From contig CAVQGV010000026.1 in assembly GCA_963712135.1 (NCBI GenBank), forward strand, positions 388,671-452,670: a DNA stretch of 64,000 nt. Reading direction: 5' to 3'. The DNA comes from an uncultured Gammaproteobacteria bacterium (GTDB taxonomy: Bacteria > Pseudomonadota > Gammaproteobacteria > Pseudomonadales > Halieaceae). A program made the position numbers and the translations under genes. A model generated the notes under the pieces. The model searched no databases. It saw only the letters and a list, made by a program, of their open reading frames with translations, and was not told the DNA's origin. Every line of letters starts with the position of its first letter. Position 1 is the stretch's first letter. Below are positions 32,472 through 43,493 of this stretch, piece after piece.

Positions 32472-32477
32472 GGCCCT

Positions 32478-34448
32478 TCAGTCCTCCAGTGTAAGTCGGA
32501 TTGCATCGATCACTTTATTCGTGTCTGGTAATGCAGCGTACTCGTAGTTCGGGTTGTAACCGATATATACGTCAGGTGTCGCGACCAGTTGCGGCGCGCT
32601 GACAAAATAGCAAAAGCTTTCCGGGTCGCCCATGATCTCACTGATAATCATCTGGCCGACGCTACACGAGCGATTGTCTTCCTGGACGATGACCAGCCGT
32701 CCGGTCTTTTCAACGGATGCCAGGATCGTGTCCTTGTCCCAGGGTTGGATCGAGCGCAAGTCAATGATCTCAATTGAGGCCTCCGGGGCCAGAAGGTCCG
32801 CCGCTGCGAGAGCCTGTTCAATGCAGTTCCCCCAGGCCACGAGGGTGACATCGTCACCCTCCCGACGAATTCGCGCCTCGCCAAACCCAACCGCAGGAAC
32901 GTCCTGCGGGACAGTCATTGGTTGGCGTAACAAGTGCTTTGGAATCAGGAAAATGGTGGGGTCATTCGCGTGCATTGATGTCCACATCAATGCCGCCGCA
33001 TCTTCCGGTGTACTGGGTACCACGACGCGGACTCCGGGACAGTGAGCGAGCAGGGATTCGTTAGCCTGGGAGTGCCACAGTGAACCGCCGGGAAGGTAGG
33101 CGCCGTAGGGCGCGTACAACACCATAGGGCAACACCACTCACCGTTGGACCGCCAGCGAAGTGTGGCAAGATTTTGTGTGATCTGGTTCATTGCCGGCCC
33201 CATGAAATCGACGAACTGGAGCTCGAAGATTGGTCGTTTTCCGAAACAGGCCATGCCAATTCCGATGCCTGCAATCGTGGCTTCGGCAAGCGGTGAGTTG
33301 AATACTCTGGCGGGGAAATGGTGTGACAGTTCGGCGGTCAGCCCGAATACCCCGCCCTTGGGGGCTTCTATATCTTCCCCGAAGAAAATGAATGATTCGT
33401 CTGTCTCGAGGCCGTGTTTAAAGGTCTGGTTAAGGGAGTCGACGATGCGCCAGGTTCTGTTTCCATCGATGGGTGGTTTCTCCGCAGCAGGAGGCTCGTC
33501 CAATAGTTGTGTCATCAGGTCGGCAGAAGTTGGATCCCCTTCGGCTTCTGCAGCGATGTATTCCTGTTCGATTTGTTGATCAATGTCCGCTTTGATAGAT
33601 TCCCACTCTTGCTCGCTCAGTTCGCCCGCCTCGATCATTTCCCGGGCGGTGACCAGAATCGGGTCCCGATCAAACATGGCGTCTATTTCTGCCTGGGGTC
33701 GGTAGACGCGGTGGTCATCAGAGCTTGTATGGGAACAAAGGCGGTCCAGTTCGGCGATGATTACAGTGGGTCCGCCACCACTGCGTGCTTTCTCCATTGC
33801 AGGTCGCGTTGCATTGAACACACGATCAGGATGCCGGGCGTCAATTCGCAGAAGATGGCTCTCGCCAAAAACTCCGAGCTTGAACGGGTTGAACCGGTCG
33901 GTGTTAGTGCTTATCCCGTAGTTATTGTCTTCAACAACAAACACCACAGGCAACTGCCGCTCGATTGCAAATGCGACGGCTTCGTAGAACTCCCCCTGCC
34001 TGGAGGCGGCGTCGCCAATCGTCGCAATAACAATATTGGGTTCATTGTCCAATTGCATGGACCAGGCAACACCACAGGCAGGGAGAGCATTGGCGGCGGT
34101 GGGCGTGAGTACGCTCCAGATGTTGCGTTCTTTGTCCGAGTAGTGGCCGGGCATTTGCCTGCCGCCGCTAGAGGAGCCGGCTTTTGCAAAATAGGCGCTG
34201 GCCAATTCGGCGTTGGTAACGCCTTTGGCCAGGACCATCGCGCGATCTCGATAGTAGGGAAACAGATAATCCCCAGAATACATCTGAATTGAAATGGCGA
34301 CCAGCGCTTCGTGTCCCATGCCTGCCACCTGAAACCAACCCTTTCCCTGGCGATGCAGAATACCCTCCCGGCGGTCGCCCTCGCGACTGAGGTACATCAA
34401 TTTCAGAAGCTCCAGTCGGTTACACGTTATGTTTGTCTGGGAGTTCAT
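32478..34448 (-). CDS. 2-oxoacid dehydrogenase E1 component, alpha-beta fused (TPP-dependent; pyruvate/acetoin-dehydrogenase-like)
   Basis: 657 aa with E1-alpha TPP motif (IGDAASRQGEFYEA...VVEDNNYGIST) followed by E1-beta transketolase-like domain; start at MNSQTN (34448); the stop overlaps the E2 start. Confidence 0.85.
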   Translation of the reverse strand: MNSQTNITCNRLELLKLMYLSREGDRREGILHRQGKGWFQVAGMGHEALVAISIQMYSGDYLFPYYRDRAMVLAKGVTNAELASAYFAKAGSSSGGRQMPGHYSDKERNIWSVLTPTAANALPACGVAWSMQLDNEPNIVIATIGDAASRQGEFYEAVAFAIERQLPVVFVVEDNNYGISTNTDRFNPFKLGVFGESHLLRIDARHPDRVFNATRPAMEKARSGGGPTVIIAELDRLCSHTSSDDHRVYRPQAEIDAMFDRDPILVTAREMIEAGELSEQEWESIKADIDQQIEQEYIAAEAEGDPTSADLMTQLLDEPPAAEKPPIDGNRTWRIVDSLNQTFKHGLETDESFIFFGEDIEAPKGGVFGLTAELSHHFPARVFNSPLAEATIAGIGIGMACFGKRPIFELQFVDFMGPAMNQITQNLATLRWRSNGEWCCPMVLYAPYGAYLPGGSLWHSQANESLLAHCPGVRVVVPSTPEDAAALMWTSMHANDPTIFLIPKHLLRQPMTVPQDVPAVGFGEARIRREGDDVTLVAWGNCIEQALAAADLLAPEASIEIIDLRSIQPWDKDTILASVEKTGRLVIVQEDNRSCSVGQMIISEIMGDPESFCYFVSAPQLVATPDVYIGYNPNYEYAALPDTNKVIDAIRLTLED

Positions 34449-34729
34449 TAGTTTTATCAGCTCCGCGGCGAGTTTCCCCCGGGGGGATCCTGCAACAGTG
34501 TAAAAAACAGTAAATGCAAAAATCAGGTCTATCAGGATACCTGATCGAGGTATTTCGCGGGCAGATGATAGCTCTTTGCGCCACGATAATGGGAGATAAC
34601 TCACACTTACTCCCCGATGATCTCCCACAGACGCTAGTCAGTGGGACTATTACGCTGCATGAACTCGGGCACTTGCTTCACCGGGGTTACCACGTTAGCT
34701 TTAGTCCCGTCACTTTTGGAGCAAGGCTG

Positions 34730-34918
34730 ATGAGTAAAATCAGGTATCACGATTTTATGCCAAAGGAAAAACAGCGGGGCGGCTTGTTTGGCGGGGTGGA
34801 TTTTTCCGGGTTTGACAGCTGTGTTAGTGCCATGAATGATTGGCTGGCGCAGAAACCGGTGAATGTTATCCGCGTGGAGACGGTTACCCTGCCCAATATC
34901 CACAATGTAAAATTATAG
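34730..34918 (+). CDS. small conserved hypothetical protein, paralog A (62 aa, probably C-terminally truncated)
   Basis: 55% identical over 60 aa to the ORF at 48132-48407 (GLFGGVD(F/Y)S.F.SCV.AMN.WL.Q.PV..(I/V).VETVTLPN(I/M)H.V). Confidence 0.4.
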   Translation: MSKIRYHDFMPKEKQRGGLFGGVDFSGFDSCVSAMNDWLAQKPVNVIRVETVTLPNIHNVKL

Positions 34919-35188
34919 GAAATATTAAGGCCCTGTTGAAAGTAGATCCCCCCGCTGATTCTGTTACCACGCGCCTGTCAACTGGGCTTGCTGATCTGTC
35001 GATTTTCCCGCCTATTGACCCGAAAATTCTGTTCGCGGCGTTAAGCATGCCATTCAAATCCGTTCATTCCTGAACGGGTGCACGCGACAGCCCATGGCAT
35101 GTGGTTTTCACTGGCTTTCTTGATAGTGGAGTGCTGTTGTGCTGGAATCCTTTCCAGCGAAAAGAGCCAATGTCTCAGGTGGTGCCCA

Positions 35189-36352
35189 AGGGAAGCTCTG
35201 AAAAACTCCAGTAGTCTGGCATACTTTGAGGAACCTGATCCAGAGATAGAATGCTATGGGCCAGCTGACCTTTGCCGAAGCGGAATATGCCAATAAGAAG
35301 CGTAAAACTCGTCGGGAGAAGTTTCTGGAGAAGATGGATGAGTTAATGCCCTGGGCGCGGCTGGAAAAAAAGATTGCCCGGTATTATGTGAAGCCGGGTA
35401 ACCAGGGAGGAAGACCGCCCTATCCGCTGTCGACCATGCTCAGGGTGCACTGTCTGCAACTGTTCTACAACCTGAGCGATCCCGGCATGGAGGACGCCCT
35501 GTACGAAGTGGAGTCGATGCGCCGGTTTGCACGAATCAGCCTGGACCGCGTGCCGGATGAGACCACCATCCTGAACTTCCGGCACCTGCTGGAGCGTCAT
35601 GAGTTGGGTAAAAAGCTGTTCAAGGAGATCAATGCGCACCTGCATGACAACGGCCTGATGCTGCGCGAGCGCACTATTGTTGACGCCACCATCATTGCCG
35701 CGCCCACCTCGACAAAGAACCCGGAAGGCGAACGAGATCCGGCTATGCACCAGGTGAAGAAGGGCAATGAATGGCACTTTGGCATGAAGATGCATATCGG
35801 AGTGGACGACGCCCTGAGCCTGATCCACAGTGTGGAGACCACGCCAGCCAACGAGCATGACATCACCGTGGCGGACAAATTGCTGCACGGGGAGGAGCGG
35901 CGAGTCTGGGGCGACGCGGGGTATGTTGGCATCGACAAGCGCAGGGAACATGAGGACCGCGAGACGGACTGGTTGATAGCTTTGCGTCCTGGGCATCGTC
36001 GACTGCTGGAGGCGGGCAGTGAGCTTGCTGAGGCGGAGCGGATCAAAGCCAGCGTGCGCGCCAAGGTGGAGCACGCATTCTTCTACATCAAACGGATGTT
36101 TGGTTATAGCAAGGTGCGTTACCGGGGACTGGAGAAAAACACCAATCGGCTGTACGTGTTGTCGGGGCTGTCCAATCTGTTGCGCAGCCAGAAATACCTG
36201 CTGGCGTGGGGTGAGTGCGCCTGAATTCTGCGAAATGGCGGAATTCAGGAGAAGAAACGAACACTACGGACAGATTCGTTGCCGGAATTTAGGCTTTGCC
36301 GGGGCGAACTCGGGTTGAAGCAAGAATCGAGAGGTTAATCAGAGCTTCCCCA
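35189..36352 (+). mobile_element. IS5-family insertion sequence (about 1.16 kb)
   Basis: Imperfect terminal inverted repeats GGGAAGCTCTGA (35190-35201) and TCAGAGCTTCCC(C) (about 36339-36351) flanking a DDE transposase gene. Confidence 0.65.
35256..36224 (+). CDS. IS5-family DDE transposase
   Basis: 322 aa with high similarity to E. coli IS5 InsH across its length (LTFAE.E.SKRR.TRRE.FL..M...PW, YNLSD..MEDALYE..SMRRFAR, HFGMK.HIGVD, DAGY.G, RAKVEH.F..IKR.FG). Confidence 0.85.
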   Translation: MGQLTFAEAEYANKKRKTRREKFLEKMDELMPWARLEKKIARYYVKPGNQGGRPPYPLSTMLRVHCLQLFYNLSDPGMEDALYEVESMRRFARISLDRVPDETTILNFRHLLERHELGKKLFKEINAHLHDNGLMLRERTIVDATIIAAPTSTKNPEGERDPAMHQVKKGNEWHFGMKMHIGVDDALSLIHSVETTPANEHDITVADKLLHGEERRVWGDAGYVGIDKRREHEDRETDWLIALRPGHRRLLEAGSELAEAERIKASVRAKVEHAFFYIKRMFGYSKVRYRGLEKNTNRLYVLSGLSNLLRSQKYLLAWGECA

Positions 36353-36572
36353 GAAAATTCAATATTGATTTGTGGTACCTGGTTGGGGACGACAGGGACG
36401 AACGACAGCCTTTCCCAAGCAGGATTTCTCCCATTTGGGTGCGCATGGCTGTTAACCTTTGCACCACAATGTGGCAGGATGCGGGTTCCGCTTCGTCCCG
36501 TGACGGAGGAAGCTGCCCTGTACGCCCCGCAGATCCGAAAAGACATAATTCAACGGGGCAATATAATGGTGA

Positions 36573-36920
<348 letters not shown>

Positions 36921-36922
36921 CT

Positions 36923-38242
36923 ATGCTGAAATCAAGCGAGGCACTGCAAGGAAATGTGCTGCTGGCAGCGGCTTTGGTGGTGTTTTCGGCCGGCGCCAGC
37001 GCCGATGATCTGAACGGTGCGGACACGGCGTGGATACTGACCTCCACTGCCCTGGTGTTGTTTATGACGATTCCCGGGCTGTCGCTGTTTTATGCCGGCC
37101 TGGTGCGAGTCAAAAATGTGTTGTCGGTGCTGATGCAATGTTTCGCCCTGACCTGCCTCATGTCAGTGCTGTGGTTTGCGGTGGGCTACACCATTGCCTT
37201 TGGCAGCGATGGCGTTGAACAAGGCAAGTATATCGGCGACTTTGGCAATGTGTTCTTTGGCGCCATGACAAAAGATTCAATGAAGGGTACCATCCCGGCC
37301 AGTTTGTTTGCCATTTTCCAGATGACTTTCGCTATTATCACACCTGCCCTGATCGCAGGTGCTTTCGCCGAACGTATGCGTTTTTCGGCCATGCTGATCT
37401 TCAGCGCGCTGTGGCTGGTGGTGGTGTATTCACCGGTGTGCCACTGGGTCTGGGGTGGCGGCTGGCTGGGAGCGATGGGTCTGCAGGATTTTGCCGGTGG
37501 TACTGTGGTGCATATTACGGCGGGCGTTGCGGCGGTGGTCGTGGCCCTGCTCATGGGACCGCGCAAAGGTTTCGGCACCGTGGCCATGCCACCGCACAAT
37601 CTGACCATTACCGTCGCCGGCGCCGGTATGTTGTGGGTCGGCTGGTTCGGCTTTAACGCCGGGTCTGCGCTGGCCGCCAATAACGCCGCCGCGATGGCCA
37701 TGCTGGTCACGCATCTCTCCGCCGCCTGCGGTGCACTGGCGTGGATGACCATGGAATGGGTGCGCCACGGCAAGCCGTCGGTGCTGGGTATTGTTACCGG
37801 CATGGTGGCGGGACTGGGTACCATCACGCCCGCCTCCGGTTCAGTGGGACCCGCCGCCGCAGTCGTTATTGGGTTGAGCGCTGGTGTCATCTGTTACTTC
37901 GCCACCACCTTCCTGAAAAACGCTATGAAAGTTGACGACAGCCTGGATGTCTTTCCGGTGCACGGTGTCGGCGGTATCCTCGGCACACTGCTGGCGGGCG
38001 TTTTTGCCTCCACGCAGCTCGGGATATTCAGCGGCCACGGCTTCTCGGCGGGAATCGACAGCATGGGCGGCCAGCTGGCAGTGCAGGCCACCGGCGTGGT
38101 GGCGACCTTTGTCTACTCCGGCATCATGACCTTTATTATTCTCAAACTGGTCGATATGCTGGTTGGTTTGCGGGTCGACAGTGACGCGGAAACCCAGGGC
38201 CTGGACCTGGTGCTCCACGACGAGCGCGGTTACGACCTGTAA
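36923..38242 (+). CDS. amtB: ammonium transporter
   Basis: 439 aa Amt family; signal peptide; conserved His pair; tightly coupled to glnK. Confidence 0.92.
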   Translation: MLKSSEALQGNVLLAAALVVFSAGASADDLNGADTAWILTSTALVLFMTIPGLSLFYAGLVRVKNVLSVLMQCFALTCLMSVLWFAVGYTIAFGSDGVEQGKYIGDFGNVFFGAMTKDSMKGTIPASLFAIFQMTFAIITPALIAGAFAERMRFSAMLIFSALWLVVVYSPVCHWVWGGGWLGAMGLQDFAGGTVVHITAGVAAVVVALLMGPRKGFGTVAMPPHNLTITVAGAGMLWVGWFGFNAGSALAANNAAAMAMLVTHLSAACGALAWMTMEWVRHGKPSVLGIVTGMVAGLGTITPASGSVGPAAAVVIGLSAGVICYFATTFLKNAMKVDDSLDVFPVHGVGGILGTLLAGVFASTQLGIFSGHGFSAGIDSMGGQLAVQATGVVATFVYSGIMTFIILKLVDMLVGLRVDSDAETQGLDLVLHDERGYDL

Positions 38243-38304
38243 ACTCCTGTGCTGCAGACCACAGGCCACCGCTGGTGGCCTTTTTTCGTTAGGGGAGCCT
38301 CATT

Positions 38305-39280
38305 GTGAACTGGCAACATCACCATGCCACCATCAACGGCATACACATGCACTATGTGGAGCAGGGGGAGGGCATGCCGGTGGTGCTGTGCCACGGCTTT
38401 CCCCACCTGTGGTTTAGCTGGCACCGGCAAATCAGTGCACTGGCTGATGCGGGCTACCGGGTAATTGCCCCGGACATGCGCGGTATGGGACAGACCGAGG
38501 CACCACCTGATCCGTCATCCTACGACATTGATCACATCACTGGCGACCTGCTGGGGTTACTCGATCATATCGGCGTGGAGCGCGCAGTATTTGCCGGCCT
38601 GGATTTCGGCGCCTTTGCTATCTACGACCTTGCCCTGCGCCACCCCGAGCGCGTCATCGCGCTGATTGGCCTGGAGAATCCGGCGGCGCCCCATAATCCT
38701 GCACGAGCCTCCGCTCACCGAGTACCGGCGCATGGGGCAGGCGCATTTTCTGCATATCGAGTACTTTCGCGTGCCGCCGCGGGCCGACGAGGAACTTGCA
38801 GCGCAGCCGCGCCGCTTCCTGCACAAGGTCTTCCATACGCTGAGTGGTGCGGGTAATTATTTCGATGTGTTCAATTACCCGCCGGGTACGGCCTATATCG
38901 ACGCCATGGCCGAACCGCCGCCGCTGCCCTGGCCATGGTTGTCCGAGCTAGAGCTGGAATTTTTTGTCAGCGAGTACAGCCGCAGCGGATTTACCGGTGG
39001 CCTCAATTGGTACCGCTCATTCGACTTGAAGTGGGCGCAGCGCAAGCCCTTCGAAGGCGTGCAAAGCGCGGTGCCCGCGTATTTCCTGGGCAGCGAGCAC
39101 GATGTGGACCTGGAGGGTTTTCACGGCGATGATCCCATCGCCCAGATGCGGGCGATTTTTCCCGGAATTGCGCGAGGTGCGCATGATTCCCGGTGCGGGT
39201 CATATGGTGCAGTTGGAAGCGTCGAGTGAAGTGAATGCAATTCTGCTCGACTACCTGCAGGATATTCGGCAGCGCCTTTA
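38305..39280 (+). pseudogene. alpha/beta-fold hydrolase (epoxide-hydrolase-like) with two frameshifts (about 38690 and about 39185)
   Basis: HGFPHLWFSWHRQ motif and nucleophile elbow region; the remainder continues in two other frames and ends ...IPGAGHMVQLE... Confidence 0.6.
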
Positions 39281-39314
39281 GCAGTACACCTTTTGCGCAA
39301 ATCGGCGTCGTGGC

Positions 39315-40823
39315 TCAGCTTATCGACAGTTTCAGCCCCGCCTTGCCCAACACCACTTTCTCGCTCTCCAGTGCATGGGCGGTGAGGGGGTGATCCTCCA
39401 GCCAGCCCTTGGGAAAATCCAGGGTGAGGGATTTCTCCTTCGCGGCAATGGAAAAATCGGGCAACTGCTCCAGCTTCTCCACGTACTTGAAACAGCTGGC
39501 CAGACGCATGATGGCCAGCAGATACATTACTCTCGTCAGATCCGCATCCGCCGTGGCCGCAAAGAAATCCGCACCCAGTTTGCCGCGATGACCGAGGGCA
39601 AGTACCGCCAACAGTTCCTGCTCATCCTGGGAGAAGCCGGGCAGATCGGCATGGCGCAGCAGGTAGGCAGTGTGGCGATTGAAATGCTTGTGTGAAATCG
39701 CCATGCCGATTTCGTGGGTGTGCGCGAGCCAGTGCAGTAATTCCCAATCATCGCTGGTTAGCTGCCAACGGTTGCGCGTGGCAGCAAAGAGCGTGCGCGC
39801 CCGGCGTTCCACGATGTCTGCTGTATCTGCATCCACGGCATAGCGCTGCATCAGCGCGTTTACCGTGCGCTCGCGCACATCCTCATGGTTGAGTCGTCCC
39901 ATCAGGTCGTAGATCACGCCTTCCCGCAGAGCCCCCCTGGAGGTGCGCATGCGGTCTATGCCCAGCACATCGAACACGGCGCTGGCGATGGCGACGCCGG
40001 GCAGGATCACATTGCGCCGCTGGGCGACCAGTCCCTCCACCTGGATATCATCCATCAGTTTGTATTTGATCAGGTTCTTTTCCAGCGTCGACAGGCCCTG
40101 GCGATCAATGCCACCTTCACTCCAGCCGTTTTGCGTCAGGATGGTCTCGATGGCCTGCAGGGTACCTGATGAGCCTACGCACTCTGCCCAGTGCTTCGAG
40201 CGGAAACTGTGGCGAATTGGAACGGTCTGGGCGCGTGCCTGGTTATAGGCATTGCGGAAATTGTCCCGGCTGATCCTGCCTTTGGGAAAAAAGGTTTTGC
40301 CGTAGGAGACACAGCCCATCTGCAGGCTTTCCATGAACTGCGGCTCAAAGCGTTGCCCGATGATGAATTCGGTACTGCCGCCCCCGATGTCGATGACCAG
40401 GCGTGAGTGTGCATCGTCAGCCAGGGAATGGGCCACACCCAGATAGACCAGGCGAGCTTCTTCCAGACCGTAGATCACGTCGACCCGGGTCCCGAGAATG
40501 CGCCTGGCGGGCCCGGTAAATGCCTTGCGGTTTTTCGCCATGCGCAGCGCATTGGTGCCCACCACACGCACGCGCTGGATAGCCACGCTGCCCAGCAACT
40601 GGGCGAAGCGCGACAGGCAGTTGAGGCCGCGCTCAATAGCCTCATCAGAGAGCAGGCCGTCTTCCAGTCCGGCACCCAATTGGACTTTCTCCGCCAGCGC
40701 CTCCACCGGCCTGATTTCTCCGTGCTCGATTTTGGCGATGAGGAGATGGAAGGAGTTGCTGCCCAGGTCTATGGCTGCCAGCAAACTGCCCTCGGGTAGT
40801 TCTTCCTGCGCGACTGCACTCAA
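39315..40823 (-). CDS. ppx: exopolyphosphatase / guanosine pentaphosphate phosphohydrolase
   Basis: 502 aa; Ppx/GppA N-terminal ASKHA fold (AAIDLGSNSFHLLIA) and C-terminal HD domain. Confidence 0.9.
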   Translation of the reverse strand: MSAVAQEELPEGSLLAAIDLGSNSFHLLIAKIEHGEIRPVEALAEKVQLGAGLEDGLLSDEAIERGLNCLSRFAQLLGSVAIQRVRVVGTNALRMAKNRKAFTGPARRILGTRVDVIYGLEEARLVYLGVAHSLADDAHSRLVIDIGGGSTEFIIGQRFEPQFMESLQMGCVSYGKTFFPKGRISRDNFRNAYNQARAQTVPIRHSFRSKHWAECVGSSGTLQAIETILTQNGWSEGGIDRQGLSTLEKNLIKYKLMDDIQVEGLVAQRRNVILPGVAIASAVFDVLGIDRMRTSRGALREGVIYDLMGRLNHEDVRERTVNALMQRYAVDADTADIVERRARTLFAATRNRWQLTSDDWELLHWLAHTHEIGMAISHKHFNRHTAYLLRHADLPGFSQDEQELLAVLALGHRGKLGADFFAATADADLTRVMYLLAIMRLASCFKYVEKLEQLPDFSIAAKEKSLTLDFPKGWLEDHPLTAHALESEKVVLGKAGLKLSIS

Positions 40824-41164
40824 GTGTTGTTAGTTCCCGTTGCGGTATATCTTCGAGCCATGTTAAAGGATTCTTTGCTTCGGCGCACATCTGCAAGGGA
40901 TCTTAGACTTCTGCGGATTGTTGCAGTTTGCCGGGTCTGCGCTGGCACCATCCTCTGGGGCACTTGCGACATTGAACAATGCCTGGTGACCGCATAGCGC
41001 TGCCAGATGAAAACGTCGTAGGAGGTCTTGAGATATAGCGCCACAGAAGTTTCAACTTCTTCCGCTTGTGTGCCAGACAGGTAGTGGACGTCATTTGCGC
41101 CAGAGTATAAACTGCCCTCCTGTTTTGAGCGCCGTTGACAGACCTGTACTAAGGAGTCTTTGAG

Positions 41165-41401
41165 TTGAGCAAAGAAGTCGAAGTTATCGAAATGATAAAA
41201 ACCATACTCAAGCATCAGGCCATGCCAGAAGTCGCGGTAGAGTTGTCCTCGGAACTTTACGATGACGGTATTGGACTGGACTCCCTGTGTGTCGCTGAGC
41301 TGTCCGCCATGCTGGAAAAAGCCTACGGGAGGGATCCTTACACCAGCAAAATCATGCCCCGCACGGTTAACGATATTGTAAGTTTCTATGGTGACGACTG
41401 A
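41165..41401 (+). CDS. acyl/peptidyl carrier protein (phosphopantetheine attachment site DSL)
   Basis: 78 aa; GIGLDSLCVAEL matches the carrier-protein Ser motif; AAGGAG-like RBS upstream; start may be TTG at 41165 or ATG at 41192. Confidence 0.7.
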   Translation: MSKEVEVIEMIKTILKHQAMPEVAVELSSELYDDGIGLDSLCVAELSAMLEKAYGRDPYTSKIMPRTVNDIVSFYGDD

Positions 41402-41403
41402 CG

Positions 41404-42762
41404 GTGATTGCGGCCCGATTTAGTGGTGCGCTCGAGCGTTGTCCCGAACGCCCCTTTTTACTGAGTGCTGCCATCGAATACAGCTATTCCGATTTTTTTC
41501 AATACTGCCGCAAGCTGGGTAACGGGTTTTCTAAACTTGAGGGAAGCCGACTGGCTTGCCATATGGCTGATTCACCCGTGTTGGTCGCCGTGATGCTCGC
41601 TGCGGGGATGAGCGGTAAGTCCCTGCTAATGCTGAACCGCGACTTCACAGATCAACAGTTGCCCGACTTGTTGCAGCGCTATAAAGTGGATGTGCTGATC
41701 AGTGATTCAGTGCCAACAGTCGCAATTCCCGCTAGTTTGCAGAGCGCTGATACACTAGATCGACTGTCCACTGGTGCGCCACTGCATAACTACAGTGAAG
41801 GCGAAATACTGATTTTGACATCCGGAACGACGGGGCAGCCCAAATGTGCTCGCTACACATGGGCCGATCTTTTTGCTCAGGTAAGTGAACGGCATGCACC
41901 GGCGGATGAGCGCTGGCTGCTGGCCTACCGCCTCAATCACTTTGCTGGCTTGCAGATGTTGGTTCACGTTCTGCAAAACCGCAGCACCCTGGTTCTGGCA
42001 GAATCGACGCGAGTCGCCCATGCACTTGACACCATGCAAGCATTTGCCGTCACACATGTCAGTTCCACCCCCACTTTTTGGCGATATGCGCTGGCAACTC
42101 TGCCCGCAGCGGGGCATAAGTTGAAACTCAAGCATATTACACTTGGCAGCGAAGCGGTTTCGTCGTCCTTACTGGAACGGCTACACCATACATTCCCCGA
42201 TGCCCGTATTGTCCATATTTATGCATCTACCGAAGCTGGTTCCTGTGTCTCTGTTAGTGATATGCGTGCTGGGCTGCCAATTTCAATATTGCATCGGGAT
42301 GCTAATGCAGATGTGCAGTTCCGCGTGGTACAGGACGAGCTGCATATCCGCAGTGCGCATGGAATGCGCGGCTACGCAGGCCCGGGAGAGATTGCCAGTA
42401 AGGATGAGGATGGTTGGCTCGCTACGGGGGATCTTGTGCGAATCGAGGATGACCGAATACTCTTCATGGGCAGACGATCAGAAACTATCAATGTCGGTGG
42501 TGTCAAGGTACATCCAATGGAGGTAGAGAATGTGATTTCTTCTCTCCCTGGAGTAAAGCTGGCGCGTGCGTTTGGAAAAGACAATCCTGTAGTGGGTCAA
42601 ATTGTAGCCGTGGAAGTGGTAATTAATTCAGGCTGTAACGAACCGGAAGTCGAGGAATCCATCCGCGAAGCCTGTTTGGTGCTGACCCGCCATGCGCGCC
42701 CACGAATCATCACTTTTGTTGATACAATAGAAACCAATAATTTCAAACTAAAAAGGCAATAG
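41404..42762 (+). CDS. ANL-superfamily adenylating enzyme (AMP-binding), short form, candidate carrier-protein ligase
   Basis: 452 aa; AMP-binding core TSGTTGQPK; translationally coupled to the upstream carrier protein (stop/start 41401/41404). Confidence 0.8.
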   Translation: MIAARFSGALERCPERPFLLSAAIEYSYSDFFQYCRKLGNGFSKLEGSRLACHMADSPVLVAVMLAAGMSGKSLLMLNRDFTDQQLPDLLQRYKVDVLISDSVPTVAIPASLQSADTLDRLSTGAPLHNYSEGEILILTSGTTGQPKCARYTWADLFAQVSERHAPADERWLLAYRLNHFAGLQMLVHVLQNRSTLVLAESTRVAHALDTMQAFAVTHVSSTPTFWRYALATLPAAGHKLKLKHITLGSEAVSSSLLERLHHTFPDARIVHIYASTEAGSCVSVSDMRAGLPISILHRDANADVQFRVVQDELHIRSAHGMRGYAGPGEIASKDEDGWLATGDLVRIEDDRILFMGRRSETINVGGVKVHPMEVENVISSLPGVKLARAFGKDNPVVGQIVAVEVVINSGCNEPEVEESIREACLVLTRHARPRIITFVDTIETNNFKLKRQ

Positions 42763-42770
42763 AGCGCACA

Positions 42771-43493
42771 ATGAAAGTAGTGCTTATCAGCGGCGGCAGC
42801 AAGGGTCTTGGTGCAGGCCTGGTGGACAGTTTCCTAGGTCGCGGGTTCAAGGTTGCTACCTTTAGTCGCGCTGCAACTGACACGACCAAACAGTGGCAGC
42901 AGCAATATGGTGACAATTTCTATTTTGAAACCTTGAGCTTAGCCGACAAGGCTGCATGCAAACAGTACGTAGAAAATGTTCAGCGGCAACTGGGCGATAT
43001 CAATATCCTGGTTAACAATGCCGGAGTTGCACATACAGCGTTGTTGGCACTGACCGACGACGAAGCCATTGATCGCCTGATCGACACCAATCTCAAGGGC
43101 ACCTTTTACCTGACCCGTCTGGTCTGCCGCCCAATGCTTTCTTTGGGTTGGGGGCGCATCATCAATATATCGTCTATTGTCGGTCTTTCTGGTTATCGCG
43201 GCCTTTCAGTGTACAGCGCCACCAAAGCTGGCTTGGATGGCTTTACGCGTTCTCTTGCCAGGGAATTGGGCTCTCGTAATATTACTGTCAACTCTGTCGC
43301 GCCAGGTTATCTCACCACGGAAATGACGGAGGAACTGGGTGCCAGGCAGCGTCGTCAGATAGTCGGGCGCACACCGATGGGGCGCATGGGCACAGCCGAG
43401 GATGTTGCCGGCGCAGTTCAATTTTTGGCTGGTGACGACGCTAACTTCATCACAGGCCAGGTACTTGTTGTCGATGGGGGCATTACCTGCTAA
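42771..43493 (+). CDS. SDR-family oxidoreductase (FabG-like 3-oxoacyl reductase)
   Basis: 240 aa; N-terminal GGSKGLG Rossmann motif, NNAG, catalytic S...YSATK. Confidence 0.85.
   Translation: MKVVLISGGSKGLGAGLVDSFLGRGFKVATFSRAATDTTKQWQQQYGDNFYFETLSLADKAACKQYVENVQRQLGDINILVNNAGVAHTALLALTDDEAIDRLIDTNLKGTFYLTRLVCRPMLSLGWGRIINISSIVGLSGYRGLSVYSATKAGLDGFTRSLARELGSRNITVNSVAPGYLTTEMTEELGARQRRQIVGRTPMGRMGTAEDVAGAVQFLAGDDANFITGQVLVVDGGITC

Noticed and set aside
40820-41215. 131-aa minus-strand ORF between ppx and the carrier-protein gene
   Set aside because: Overlaps the ppx start and the ACP RBS/start; no motif; likely spurious in an intergenic promoter region
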